DNA of 64,000 nucleotides, counting the filler, from Basidiobolus ranarum (Eukaryota), in assembly GCA_040143965.1 (NCBI GenBank). It is 13 parts of 13 records of this genome, joined end to end, with 100 filler letters (N's around TTAATTAATTAA, not from the genome) between each part and the next. Parts side by side here need not be neighbours in the genome. Positions count along the whole stretch, not along the records: positions 1 to 4,858 come from JASJQH010001805.1; positions 4,959 to 9,813 come from JASJQH010001806.1; positions 9,914 to 14,768 come from JASJQH010001807.1; 10 more parts are not named here. One strand, given 5' to 3'. The first letter of the stretch is position 1; every line of letters begins with the position of its first letter. The notes beneath the pieces are model-generated. The model made no database searches, had not been told where the DNA came from, and saw only the letters and a list, made by a program, of their open reading frames with translations. Below are positions 1 through 13,442 of this stretch, one piece after another. The position numbers and the translations under genes were made by a program.

Positions 1-457
1 TTTTATCAATATCATTTCCTTTACCTCCACCTCTATCGCCTTGCCCACCTCCTCCACCTTGACCACCTCCCCCACCATTTCCTTGACCATTTGATGTAGG
101 TAAAGGTTGGGAATTCTGAATTCCGGAATTAGTTCTTTTAGAAGCATTATTATCATTTGCATTATCAATCGAATTACTGGATGAATCCTCTTCAGCGAAA
201 GTTTCATAAACGAAAGAACCTGGATCTTCATAGTTAATTACTAATTCTTCGGAGCCATCTTCTGCTGTAATCGTTTGAGTGATACCTCCAGTAAAGGTAT
301 CTGAAGTTGGAGTTCCCTGATTGGGATCTGGAATTAAAGTTGATTTGGAACTATTTGTAATCTCAGGTTGGATTTTTTCACTTCGAGTTGCTGGTGATGC
401 TTTGACATACGAATAAGCTATTATCAAAGAGATGTTAAATAGTTTTTGAATCAACAT
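1..457 (-). CDS. Secreted protein, 3'-partial: signal peptide, acidic S/T-rich segment, KR site, Gly-rich region
   Basis: Manual translation from ATG at 457, open for 152 codons to the window edge: MLIQKLFNISLIIAYSYVKASPATRSE...ASKRTNSG...GQGNGGGGGQGGGGGQGDRGGGKG. Missing from the ORF track because it has no stop. Confidence 0.7.
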   Translation of the reverse strand, partial: MLIQKLFNISLIIAYSYVKASPATRSEKIQPEITNSSKSTLIPDPNQGTPTSDTFTGGITQTITAEDGSEELVINYEDPGSFVYETFAEEDSSSNSIDNANDNNASKRTNSGIQNSQPLPTSNGQGNGGGGGQGGGGGQGDRGGGKGNDIDK

Positions 458-901
458 TAGACTTTATCCTCAAGTATATCCAAATGGTAGAATTATGTCA
501 GATAATTCTGGAAATCGAATGATGTGAATTGTGAAAGGAATATTGAAGCTTTACATACTATCTCAAATGTAGCCATTATCGAGTTAATACCAACTGTAAC
601 AACGTTTCTAAATGCTTAAGTAATCCTGATCAAACCATGCCTCCATTTTGTTTCGGATATGTTTGAACCTACTATACATTACAACTGGTTGAAGTACCAG
701 ATCTTAGTTTGGATGGATCGAGTGCAATGTTTCAAGTAATCTCGAAGGATGATAGGCTCGATTGGTAATCCATATTTATTTTACATTCACACGTCGGGCA
801 TTCAGATATGATACCACTACTAGATTATTTCTAGAAGGATTTCAAAGATTTAGACACTGACTGTAGAGTGAAGAGTCAGATATTGCAGATAGTGTGAGTG
901 T

Positions 902-1970
902 TCATTTAGTCTTGTGAGCTCTCATCAAGGATTTCTCTCCTAAACGGATTAAGTTATCTCGAAAGATAGTGTATGCATTTGCTACATAGGCTGGGATTTT
1001 AGGGCTGGCCGTAGGTGGCAACAGCCACTTATCCATGCGAGTACGAATTTCTCCGAATACTTGGCGGATGTGCGGCGATGTTACATACCGAAGTCGTAAG
1101 AAATTTGCGTAAAAAAGGATGGCTAACGGTGAGATTCTCAAGCTAATTTCAATTTAACGTTAGACCATACTGTATATACATTAAGGAACACTGAAATTTA
1201 CGTTAGGGTCTCCTTCAAAATAATCAATACGACACCAAGAACTTCAATATACGATATACTACCCATACATCGCTCATAGTAAGCATCCTCAAATCGTTTA
1301 ATAGCAGTAGAGACTTGCTGGAAAATCGTTTGAGATTGGCCAGGAGCTGCATGGTGGTTAACTGATGGCGCAAGCACAGGTAATATGGCAGTACGAATGA
1401 AATCAATTACATGGAAAGAAGAATATATACTAAATGGAATCAAAGTAACTAGTAGATAGGATTAGACCGTAGTTTTTTGATGTATAGAGTTATACATATT
1501 TAACATACTGAGGACCGGAGAAGAAAGCAACCAAATAACAGTCATAACGAAGTATTGTACATTCTCGTCGTCGATTATCTTTTGCGCAAAGATAGTATTG
1601 AATTTAGGAATCTAAATGTGAAAATTCTAAGCATCTAGGTCGAGTACATTAAAAAGACAACAACCTACACCATAGGCCTTCCATAATGCCATCCCATAAC
1701 TAACTAAAGTACCCACGTAGGCTAAATAATACCAGGGCTTAGAGTCACTATAGCTGAATGGCCTTTTCAAGAAATAGATAATGCTGGATGTTGTGACTAC
1801 AACATGGCCCAACCACCATACAAATCGAACATTCTAACAGATATACGTGTATTTAGCAAGTCTTCTTTGGAGGGAGTAAGCTTCCTTACCATAGTCAAAA
1901 GTCTAACTCTCTGAGAAAAAGGTTTCACAAAGGCTTCGACTGGCTTCGTTGAGTTTTCTTTCATAGACAT
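902..1970 (-). CDS. POM33: Pom33/Per33/TMEM33-family ER/nuclear-pore membrane protein, multi-exon
   Basis: Spliced pieces: WWLGHVVV..WYYLAYVGTLVSYGMALWKAYG, IIDDENVQYFVMTVIWL, LIPFSIYSSFHVIDFIRT, FYANFLRLRYVTSPHIRQVF. DENVQY and FLRLRY are family hallmarks. Exon limits approximate. Confidence 0.85.
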
Positions 1971-4858
1971 GCTGCTAGAGATGAAATATACAAGAATACT
2001 CGAATATCGGCCGGAGCCAACGTTATTAAAGCGAATATGATGGGTTAATGATCGAAACATTAAATCATTGAAAATGAGTGGGAATGTAAGTAGTCACAAG
2101 AGGATCATTTGATTGGCCAAAATGACGAAATATGGACTGAATGCCAAATGAAATAGGTAGATGTCATCCATAGGGCCAAACGTCAGCATATATGTGTATA
2201 CAGTGCTCCCAGACTTGATTTGGTAATCATATATCATTCTCTATCCTTATTTTGATTGCCTTCAATGAGACATTGGAGGAACAAGCAGCTGGCATCATCG
2301 CTTTGTCTAGGATATTAAAGTAGCATATTTATATATCTGAACTAAATGATTCTAGGAGCTCTTTTACTGCTACCTTGGTCAGTTGAGCATCTGCGCCAAT
2401 ATGGCTGAAAACGCCCTTCTAGAAGACACATTTGCCTCTTTGGTACGTCTATTTAGTATGCAAATGGTCTGGTTCACTGCCCCTTATGGCCACCAGTATA
2501 CAATACAATAGTGTGGTCGATTCAAAGAATTATATAGTTATACCGTTGAAGCCTATGTTTTAAATAAAGAATCCAAGGTATCTCAATCTAGAATGGAATC
2601 ATCAGACTGCTGGCAGTACCATACATTTGCTAGGATTGGGTCGTCATCATCGTTATGAGCCAGTTCTTGTTTATATATGGATTTCTAACCCATCTCTGCT
2701 GTCATATTTGGTACATAGTGACTTGATAGAATTTATTCGAGCTTGGATGAGACCAAGATCAATAATTGTTGGTTGGTCTCTATAAAGGAATGCTGAATGG
2801 ATATCATATGGTCGGATTGTCCTGGTGCATCTCTAGCTCCAGTACCCAACATTGAAGATCACGCTCTTGATACGGTAAAGATCACATTGGGAAACTAATT
2901 GTTTGCGACATCTATCCAGAATTATAGAAGATGCTAACCTTGGAATGAACAGGATAAAGAGTTTCTTCGTAATAGATTTGAACTCGACTCTATCTTTCAA
3001 ACATAACGAGTACTATCTATCATCGAATGCTAAACTATAGCAAACAGTTTAAAGCTCCGATGTTGAATTAGAAGCGTCTTCTCTACCACATCTTCCTACT
3101 CTAAGCAAGTATGTTTATCAGATGGCTTCCCCAGCGCGTAAGTAGCATTGGAACCCATTTGAGTTGATCTACGAAGATCACTGCTACTTCTGCATCTGTC
3201 TATGGTTTAGATTGTTGGGCCATATAGCTATTTGTAGTTAACAAATGGCTTTGGTGCTTTCGAGAGATTGGGTTGATTACAAATTCATATGAAAGTTTCT
3301 TCCATCAGTTGTTATCACAAATAATATCTTCATATTAGAGTACTCTGGCTATTGAACTTGAGCACATCGGGAGTAATATTTCATAACAAGAGTAGTTGGA
3401 GCCAATAGGGGCTGATTTTGATCACTTTCATATTATTGTCTAATGCTTCACATCGGATACTAGCAAACTCAGACATGCGTGGAATTGATTCCAAATCAGA
3501 ACGAATGCAAATCAAGTATTACGACGTGCTAATTCCGGAATCCCACTTGCCGGGATTAACCACGATCTCACGGAGGCCGGTAAACCAGATCGGTTCACAC
3601 TTGTAATGACAATATTGCAGATGAAACGAAATTGCTGGAATGGATTACACCAAAACAGATCATTTGGTTTCTGTAACCTCCTCAATGGATGAAACAATCT
3701 CTCAACGATACTATAATTGGAACTTTTGTCATCTTGAGGTGAATCCTTGCTTCTGACTATTCGCTCTGCAAATGCGCCTCATGCATATCGAAGCAATGGA
3801 GCCTTTTCATACCTTCGACCATTGCCCTCATGTCTAGCTTCGGTGCAACCTATGGTGGTGAGTCCCAATGTAAAAGGAGCTATAGAGGATTTGTCTTCTT
3901 TGATTGGCCGTAAAATGGGGATAAATCGCTCGATAGACGTTGTCCATTGGCTGAATTTCTTGGAGTTGACGTAGCAGATAAGGTATCACTAGTACTGTTT
4001 GAACATCAAACCAGTGACTACACTCTGCTATGAATACCGCGAACCAGGTTTGAAACGAAGCTGACCCAGACTCCAAGGGCAATTGTCTCCTAGTTTATCG
4101 TCAAGGTGTATACAGTCAGAGTTGATGATAATCTCTGACGAACAGCCAGTTGCAGGTTTTCATTTTGTTGAGAATATACACGTAGCTGGAGTGGGCTGAG
4201 GTGATATCTACCGAGAGGACACCGGTAACTCATGGGCGATGCATTCGAACAAGAGGAATGGGGCTGTAAGAATGTCTCATACTCCGGTATACATCACAGA
4301 ATAGTTCTATGATTCCAGATATTCAAAATTCTCTTTGCACCTGGATACCGCTTATCCGATGGCGAGATGACTGTCTATCCTCCACACAGCGTAGTCAAAT
4401 CAGATCTATTTGGCGCTAAATCCAAAAGCTACATCAATAACTTAGCCTTTGAACTAGGCATATGTTTAATCGCATTAATCTGAGTTGTCCAATGAAATTG
4501 GAAACAATACTAAGATCATTTCGAGGCATAGAACTCTGTTCCAGTCGCAGTAGATTGGTTTCAACGACTACTCAGCTGTTGGCCAATCATCATCAACTAT
4601 GACCGAAGCTTGGCTGCTAGATATGTGCAGTACCATTGCTATTCAAGAGCCATTGTGAAAAACATTCAAATCCTGGTGCCGTGAATACCGGTCATCTCAT
4701 GAAACACGGTTCCTATCATAGTACAAGCATGCCATGTAATCGAAATGACATTTCCAAACCGTCATATGGATTGATTAAACTGAGTAATAAATAGTTCACA
4801 AACCTCATCCAACCTTGGAGTATGGCAGGAATACCGTACCGCTTACCTGAATAGCCCA

Positions 4859-4958
4859 NNNNNNNNNNNNNNNNNNNNNNNNNNNNNNNNNNNNNNNNNN
4901 NNTTAATTAATTAANNNNNNNNNNNNNNNNNNNNNNNNNNNNNNNNNNNNNNNNNNNN
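4859..4958. other. Artificial contig linker (first of 12)
   Basis: 44N+TTAATTAATTAA+44N, giving stops in all six frames. Repeated at 9814, 14769, 19722, 24668, 29612, 34550, 39486, 44421, 49354, 54283 and 59210. Intervening contigs shrink from 4855 to 4827 bp. Confidence 0.99.
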
Positions 4959-5620
4959 TGCTGAAGCCATAAACATAGTTAGCAAATGTATGAAAAATCC
5001 TGCAATGAAACATAGGATAGCTGTGAAACAGATAGTATGATATCTGAAAGGAGCAATACATCGTGGGGTTCAATTTAGAAAGCAGTAAAACATGCACTTA
5101 TATTGGAAGTATATGCTGATACAGACTGGGCTTACAATACAGAAGACCTGAAGTGCAGAACTGGATACTTTTTTGAGCTAGCAGGAGGGCCAATATGCTG
5201 GATTAGTAGGAAACAACAAAAAATTGCATGATCAACTACAGAAGCAGAATATATTGCAAGCTCTATGGCTGTTCCAGGAGCTACATGGCTAAGGAGTCTT
5301 CTCAAGGGATCAGGATATGAGCAAGTTAATCCTACCCCAATATATCAAGATAAAATAGTTGTATTAGGTTCACCAAAAATCTTTAGCAGTACTCAAGGAT
5401 GAAACATATTAACATAAGACAACATCTTGTACAAATGAATGTTCAATTGAACAAAATGAACTTTATTTTTGTAATACCAAAAACATGATTGAAGATACAC
5501 TAACAAAACCACTCAAACCTTCAGGCTTTGAGAAATTAAGAGCAGGCATAGGTATTAGTGAATATAAGCACAAAGCTGAATAAAATTTCAGGTATGGTGT
5601 TTGGATGATTAATCTCTATT
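4959..5620 (+). mobile_element. Degenerate Ty1/copia RT-end/RNase H fragment
   Basis: YADTDWA, TGYFFELAGGPICWISRKQ, STTEAEYIA, MKHINIRQH, EDTLTKPL, with stops and frameshifts. Confidence 0.85.
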
Positions 5621-5639
5621 CACATCTAGAAGTTGCATC

Positions 5640-6780
5640 CATTTTATATGTAAGCTAGCTACTATCAACTGATAAGGGAACTCCTGGCTTTGATTTTGGT
5701 CAATTTGGGAAAAATTGGATGACATTTTGATTAATTTGACATTGGGATCCATTGGTGTCAATACAGGCTAGCTTTTCTCCATGTTGAAGCTTTTTAGGAT
5801 GTCTAAGATGTAAGGTTCCAATTTCCAGTTTTTTTGATGTAAATACTGTGATCTGCTATGCATTTTTGAAGTTACAGTGATTACAAATGTATATCTATCT
5901 TGTTGTACCTTGCCTTGGGTTCCTGCTTGAGTCTAAAGAGCAACTATTGCAGTTTATTAACTGTGCAAGTTGTTATGGGTCAACTAATTGTTCTGGTTGC
6001 TCCATCTAGATCTCTTCTTCTAGATTTCCATTCAGAAAGGTTGTTTTAACTTCAATTTCATATTAATCAAGGTTTTGGATGACAGAAAGTGCCAGGATTA
6101 ATCTGATGGAGTTAAAGTTTCCTGCTAGAGCAAAAGTTTCATTAAAATCAACTCCTGGGAATAGCCTTTTGCAACTAACCTTGCATTGTATCTGCAATGG
6201 TTCCATCTGCTTGGTTTTTGACTTTGTAGACCAATTTGCAACCTATGGACTTTTGCCTGATGGCAGTAGACTTATAACCATCATTTTACTGTCCTAAAGT
6301 GAAGGAAACTCATCAGGTATTGCTTTTTCCCATAATGTTGATTCAGGACCCTTCAGGGCTTGATCTAGAGTCTGTAGCTTGTCACAGAATGCTGTTCAAG
6401 CATATACATGCCTGTTGGAACTATTCCACCAGCTTCCTGGCTTATTTCTCCTTCTACCTGATCTTATAGGTACTAAATCATTCTCTGATGTAATTGAGGC
6501 ATGAATTTTAGTTAACTGGGCTTAGATAAAATTGGAATCTTGTCAGACACTTACTGAATAGAGCTGATTGTGTTTTCCAGGTCAAGAACTGTGGTTTGAA
6601 GTGAAATACTTGCTTTTTCATCAAAATCATGTCTCTTCACTTAATTGGCCTCTGATTTTTGGCATCAGACCATCTGTAGGCCTTAGATCCAACAGAGTAA
6701 CTAAGAAATATGCCTTTGCTGCTTTTGGGCTCCAACTTTGTGTATTTTTGAGATGGAATTAGGCAATATGTTGAAATATG
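5640..6780 (-). mobile_element. Degenerate Ty1/copia integrase/RT fragment
   Basis: Minus-strand remnants: KAYFLVTL..SKAYR, CKRLFPGVDFNETFA, VKTTFLNGNLEEEI, QEFPYQL. Confidence 0.75.
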
Positions 6781-9479
6781 ACATATTCAGTGAAGTAAAA
6801 TTCAAGTGTCTAATTCTCAAATCTAAATCTCATCCAAAATACCTCCAAATCCCCTCAACACTATTATCAGGTGTTGAGCACCAAGCTAGCTGTTAAAGGA
6901 ATGTCTACTAGTACTATGATCAATATTTTTGCATCCACAGAGAGCTTTGATGGTAAAGACTTTCACATTTGTAAGTTCACAATGCAAATGATGCCAAAGG
7001 AGTTTTTGGGATTTGTTACAGGTAAAGAGATAGGGCCAACGGGACCATCAGACTTTATCCTTGCTTATCACAAGAAGCAGAGGAAAGCGCTCTCTAAACT
7101 TTGTCAACATCTCAGAAACTCAGAACTGAGACACATACACTGAGCCAAAAAAAGAGATCCCCATCCTCTTCTATTCCACAGCAGAATAGAGTTGCAGAGC
7201 ATGCTAATAGTACCATTGTGGACATAGCAAGTGCAATGTTACATGATCAAAAGTAAAATTACCAATATTGGGCTGAATCTGTCTCCACTGCATTAGATAT
7301 CAAAAGCAGATGCCAAACAAGATTACTACTAAACTCTACTCCATTTGAAGCCCTATATGGAGCAAAACAGAGTGTGGACCATCTCAGGATCTTTGTTTGC
7401 ATAGTATATTGCATAGTTCTAGCTCAAGAACACTCTAAGATGGATCCTAAAAGCAGAAAATGCATATTTCTTAGTGGCTGCAATGAATCCAAGGCCTACA
7501 GAATGAATGATATCAAAAAAAAGAAGTTAATCAAGGGAAAAGTTAAGATTTTGATGAAAAAGCAAACTTGTCACCCCATATCACAGTTCTTGATCCAGAA
7601 AACACAATCAGCACTCTTCAGGAAGTGTCTGGCAAGATCCAGCTCTATCAGAGCTTCATTTAATCAAAATACCAGTCCCTATTACATCAGCGGATGATTC
7701 AGGAGCCAGAAGATCATCCAGGAGGAGAAATAAGCCAGGGAATTGGTGCAATACTTCCAATATGTATGTATATGCTTAAAAAGCATTCTGTGATGAGCCA
7801 CAGACTTTAAATCAAGCTCTGAAATGCCCAGAATCAAAGATGGGAAAAAGCAATGTCTGATCAGTTTTCTTCACTCTAGGACAATAAAACATGAGTTTCA
7901 AGTCCTCTACCATTGGGGAAAAAGCTGATAGGCTGAAAATTGGGCTAAAAAGTCACAAACCAAGCTGAAGGAACCATTGAAGGGTACAAACAAGAAAAGT
8001 TGCAAAAGTTTATTCCCAGACTCCAGGAGTGGATCTTTATAAAACCTTTACCCCTGTAGCAGAGTTAAGTACTATTGGAATAATCCTGCCACTCCCAGCC
8101 ATCTATAACCTAGATTTACAACAAATGGATGTAAGCCACTCTTTCTGAATGGAAATCTGGAAGAAGAGAAAGCAAATGATTTAGAGGTACTTATGAGATA
8201 ACAAGCAGCTTATCAAACCAATTTCAGATGACTGATTTGGGTGAATTAAGTTACTTTCTTGGAGTCTAAATCAAGACCAATAAACCCAGTTAGAAGATTA
8301 GGCAGAATCCATCTAGATAGATCCTAGATATCCCAAAATGCTTCAACATGGAGAATAGCAAGCCGGTATCAACATTAATGGATCTCAATGTGAAATTGAT
8401 CAAAATGTCATTGGATTTAGCCCAAATTGACTAAAATCAAAGCCAGGAGTTCCCTTATCAATCAATGGTATGTATTTGATTTTTTACAAGGGTTGGGACA
8501 AATCTGGACATTGCTGAGATGATGGGGACTGTCAGCCAATATCTGAATACTCCAGGATCTGAGCACAAAACTGCAGTAAAACCAATATGCAGGTATTTGA
8601 GAGGAATGGTAGATCTAGTTCTGGAATTCTCTACCTCTCCCAATGCACAACATTTTGAAGGCTACAATAATGCAGATTGCAGAAGAAACCTTGATGATAG
8701 AAGATCAACAACTGGGTACAATTTTGTTTATGGTAATGGACCCATAACTTGCAATAGTAAGAAGCAACCAACCATAGCACTTTCGTCTGCAGAAGCAGAG
8801 TTTATAGCTGCCTCTGCTACTGCACAAGAAGCCATGTGAGTACGGGAGTTGCTTACAGACTTAGGATGCCTGCAAAAATGTGTTTTTACTGTATTTGATG
8901 ATATTCAAAGCTGTATTTCCTAAGCTAAAAACCTTACATTGCATGCTAGAGCAATTCGTATAGATATTGAGCATCATTTTGTTAGAGAAGCAAAAGAGAA
9001 TGATCTAATTGAACTTGTCAATCGCCCTATTGAAGAAATGAGTGCTGACATCTTAATCAAACCTTTGGATAAAGCATAATTTGAGATATAAAATGTAAGT
9101 TAGTTTTAAGAGAAATGCAAAATAATTAGATGAGTGGGAATGTTGAAGTTTGGTAAATAAAAATTCATTAGTTTATTCATATTCTGATTATCTACCACTC
9201 AATTCTACCATTCAAAAATGTTTGTTATTGCTCTACTTGATAGAAAAATCAATTAGATCAATTTACCAATATTCACTATTTTCTCAGAACTTCTCCAAAT
9301 CGTCTCAAATTGTAACCCATGCTTAACAGGCATGTTTATTATGATCTAAGCACATACAATAGTCTTATTTCTTATCAAACTATAAATCGGACATGTTGAA
9401 TTCAATAAAATTCCAATGTCTAATTTGCAAATCCAAGTCTTGTCACAAACACTTCTAAGTCCCCCAAACACTTTTATCA
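6780..9479 (+). mobile_element. Internally deleted Ty1/copia LTR retrotransposon relic (partial 5' LTR, PBS, gag start, integrase, RT, RNase H, PPT, 3' LTR)
   Basis: gag FDGKDFHICKFTMQM; integrase QQNRVAE..HLRIF..KMDPKSRKCIFL..SKAYR; RNase H DDRRSTTGYNFVYGNGPITCNSKKQPTIALSSAEAEF; PPT GAGTGGGAA at about 9132-9140. Confidence 0.9.
9141..9479 (+). repeat. LTR, family A (about 340 bp, TG...CA)
   Basis: Starts TGTTG straight after the PPT and ends TTTTATCA. Homologous to 34133-34483 (+), about 15540-15885 (-) and about 18932-19250 (-). Confidence 0.85.
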
Positions 9480-9913
9480 AATTGTGATGATTCTTTGGCC
9501 AACCATATATATTGGATAAAAGCTATACAGAGCAGCTATTATCATTGAAGCTACTTTAAATCAAGATGACTTCTCATGATACTACTTGGGAGCCTGCCAG
9601 ACAAGTTTGGGAAACTCATAATAGCCCTGGAATCAAGATCAGAGCTATTATCTATGCGTTATGTTGGAGCTAGGCTGGTGCATCAGTGACAAAGGAGATC
9701 AAATTCCCAGCAAAATAATGCAGATCAGACATTTCTTGAAGCTGTAAATCATCCAACAAGCCCAATAATGGTGCAACTAATAGGAAATCAATAACCTGCA
9801 AATAATGCAAGACNNNNNNNNNNNNNNNNNNNNNNNNNNNNNNNNNNNNNNNNNNNNTTAATTAATTAANNNNNNNNNNNNNNNNNNNNNNNNNNNNNNN
9901 NNNNNNNNNNNNN

Positions 9914-10343
9914 AACAGCAGTCAAAGTACGGGATCTAGGGCGAGCTTGCTTGGCGCGGCTGCGACGAGTAGGCTTGCGCATGATACGACGTTGAGCAAT
10001 GAAAATAACGTGGCGATCGGAGAACTTCTTTTCAAGCTCGCGAGTAAGGCGTTGTTGAACCTTGTTGCAAGCCTTGAACAAAGGAACTGGGACGAAGACA
10101 ACGATAGCCTTCTTACCACCACCAATCTCAACCTTGAAACAGAGAGAATTAGTTACTATTTCTTATACAAACAATCTAGGATTGACATACTTCCTTAGCG
10201 GCAGAGATTTGGATAGGACGGAGGTCCTTCTTTAATTCAGGAACATTGTTTTCCAAATCAAGGAGGGCTTGAGCGACCATGAGTTCGAGCTCATCAGCAG
10301 GGGCAGCGCCTGCTTGCTTGACAATCTTGTTAGCGGCAGACAT
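9914..10343 (-). CDS. RPS7: 40S ribosomal protein S7 (eS7), 3'-partial; intron 10133-10190
   Basis: [76 protein letters not shown]. Confidence 0.97.
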
Positions 10344-11405
10344 GGCTACCAAACACAAAGCAGTTAATATTGATGGATGGGAAGTGAGTTTGGATTGGAT
10401 CCGGTATCCTCTTAATCAGGGAATATTCACTGTGTTTAAATGCTATATGCGTTGATAATTTACTTACTTTTTCTTTCCTCTCAAGAAAATCAATCCACTC
10501 TTTAAAAAGGAGGAAACAATATAAGAAGTGCGGTTAGTTTTATGAGGCCCCTCTGTTGAACAAATCTAATGCATCACGTGAGCGCAAAAAAAATTCATCC
10601 TGCTGCTTTTTTTCATTTTTTATTTGCCTGGAGGCTCAAGAAATCGAATCAACCATAATTCAACTACTGAAGGTCCAAAAAAAGGCATCAAGATTTCTGA
10701 GATCACTACAAAAGTGAAATCCAAGCATAAACTATATTTGAGTGGACAAAGTATGCAAGTCAAATTCACACGGAGTTAGCCAAGTTGTTGATGTTTTGAA
10801 CTACGTACAAGTATTTTTAGCAACTTAGGACTGCTTTATGTCATAGAGCAATACCTCCTTAATGGTATGAAGGCCTACCAAGCATGTTGCGGTTGTTGAG
10901 CTTTCACCTATACAATAAACCGAGACATTTGATGGAGTGAAACATGAAGGTTGCTAGACTAATGGTGATGAAATGGTTGGATATGATTGCATGATTGAAA
11001 AGTGCGGCTCAGCGTCTGTTTTACCACTTATCTTTCACCAACAAATGAATTCGTCACATGCAAAAGGTAGACTCAGCTCTGGTTGCTGTCTCATACTTGT
11101 TACTGGTTGGCCTTTTGGACATTAATGGTTTGTAATGTTTGTGAATAAATTCGTCTTAACAAATTAGATTATTTGCTACCCTTAAATATTCGATCTGTTT
11201 TTATCATAGAAACGTCTTTTTATCTTGAGCACCCTGGCCGAGCCCACTTGTATTCTTTTCCGGTAACACCCTATTATCACAGCCTCCCCTACGTTGGTTA
11301 TTTTATTGCTTGTGCGTTATTATTCCTGTTATTAGTTTTCTATCTCATCCAGAGTTCTTTGATTTTTGCGATTCATTAATCGACTATAGTTAATTCTAAA
11401 TAATC

Positions 11406-12486
11406 ATGCCCGCTACTTTACCTTCGCAACAAGCAGAGACGGATTCGTCTTCTGCTCAAAATACCACAAACAATAATAAGCCAGTCCAAGTAAAATTAGT
11501 TTTATTGGGTGAGTCTCTGCTCTGAGTAGTTACAAACCCTACCAAATGAAGTATTTTAGGAAGAGAAACTTCAACGAGACGTTTAGCTCCACCAATATCA
11601 TCTCAGTTATTTATATTTATTGATACTTGTAGGTGAAGCTGCAGTAGGGAAATCTAGTTTGGTATTACGTTTCGTAAATAACGAATTTCAAGAGAACAAA
11701 GAGCCTACTATTGGCGGTTGGTTTTCAAACTTTATCAAAATTATCCTCTGATATTCCTACTGATCTTTCTTATTTGACTTAAGCCGCTTTCTTAACTCAA
11801 AAATGTCGTCTCGAAGATAAAGTTATCAAATTTGAAATCTGGGATACCGCTGGTCAAGAGAGATTCCACTCTTTAGCGCCTATGTATTATCGTAATGCAC
11901 AAGCTGCTGTTGTTGTATACGATATTACTAAAGCTGTAAGTTTCTAAATATAGTACTAGTTATACTTCTTTCGACATTAACGTATGTACTCGAATTTCCA
12001 TAGGCTTCGTTAGATAAAGCCAAATCTTGGGTTAAAGAGCTTCAACGTCAAGCCAATCCCAATATTGTTATTGCCCTCGCCGGTAATAAAGTCGATTTAA
12101 CTGCGGCCGCAGATGAGGACCATGAAGAAACTGAGGAAGAGTCTAATAATGGTGAACAAAGTATTAGAGAAGTATCTACTGAGGAAGCCAATGCTTACGC
12201 TAATGAGGTTGGATTGTTATTTTTCGAGACAAGCGCAAAGACCGGAGAAGGCGTTAATGAAGTGTTCACTGAAATCGGTAAGTTTCTTTCGATATATGTT
12301 AAAAATAGGTTCTCTATCAACATATCTCTTAAATATTCCAATGTTATAGCCAAGAAAATTCCACTCGAGCATATTCTAGCTATGTCGCGTACTCGCCCAG
12401 GTGCAAGTGGGAATACCAACGGACGAGTTGATCTTCGTAACAACGGTGTTACTGGTAGAGACTCAAAATCAGGTTGTGCCTGTTAG
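11406..12486 (+). CDS. Rab5-family GTPase (Vps21/Ypt5x-like), 5 exons
   Basis: [61 protein letters not shown]-terminal CAC prenylation motif; GT-AG introns. Confidence 0.95.
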
Positions 12487-13442
12487 ACAACATATTGTAA
12501 CTACTCTTTGGATTCCGATCCAATCGGCTTTAATGCCTCGAAGCTCTCATCCATTTTCTCTACATAGCTATCTCTTGAACAAAAGCTTGAAATTTTCTCA
12601 CATTCAACTCTATAACTCATTCCTTCCGTTTTACGGATCTTCACTGGCTCCTCAATGTTATTCAAGTTAACTTGCATAAGGAATAATAAACAAAATCAAG
12701 AATATTTTTAGTAGATGAGTTTCTCAATTGGTGTTACATAAGAATACCAGGAAATAAGACCAATCTGAATATCAATATTTTTTTAATGTCATTAAGGTAC
12801 ATGTGATTGTGTCAGAAATTTATGTAGATTTCTTATCATAAAAATTGGCTGATTACCTTCAAGAGACGTAGTTTAGACAGGATCAGGATGAGTAGTTTAG
12901 GAATAGAGCTAGCAAGAGCAAAAAAAAGAGATGGGTATACTTTGACACCATTCATTTTCAAGAATACGTTGAAGTTGGAATGGACCGTCAATCGGAGAAT
13001 CGAATATCGGTCGCCCTTAAACGTTTGTATATTTCAATCGCAATAAAGTACTTGCCAAATGAATCCATCTCCCACTTCCAAAATATCAAGTTAGAGTTTT
13101 TCTCTAGTTCGAAAAAGATTAGACACTTTAAATACAATTGAAAACATTCCCATTCAGACGTTCAAAGTTACGAAAAAGGAGTTTACATTGATATTGGTCA
13201 CTCATCCGGTTATTTGAGTTCAATTTAAAGAGGGAGAAGGAGGAAGATTAATATACAGGGAATATTAGTGAAAGATAAGTGTCCGAACTGAAGTCAAGAG
13301 GTAAAAGGAAGGCAGACTATTAAAGGCAACCTAGCAGTGAGCTTACAAAATACCGTTGTTAAGATCCTCAGATAATATACCTGTCGGTGGTTAGAATGCA
13401 GGAATGCTAGATCAAGATTCGCTATGAAAGAAAGACGCATAT

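Noticed and set aside
2100-4858. Short ORFs and a PPT-like GAGTGGGAATG at about 2076 suggesting a decayed element
   Set aside because: No recognisable TE or gene motifs, no match to the LTR families after the motif, and CpG is not depleted; left unannotated.
10574-10581. TCACGTGA E-box upstream of RPS7
   Set aside because: A single 8-mer with no matching site seen at RPS15; insufficient evidence for a regulatory call.
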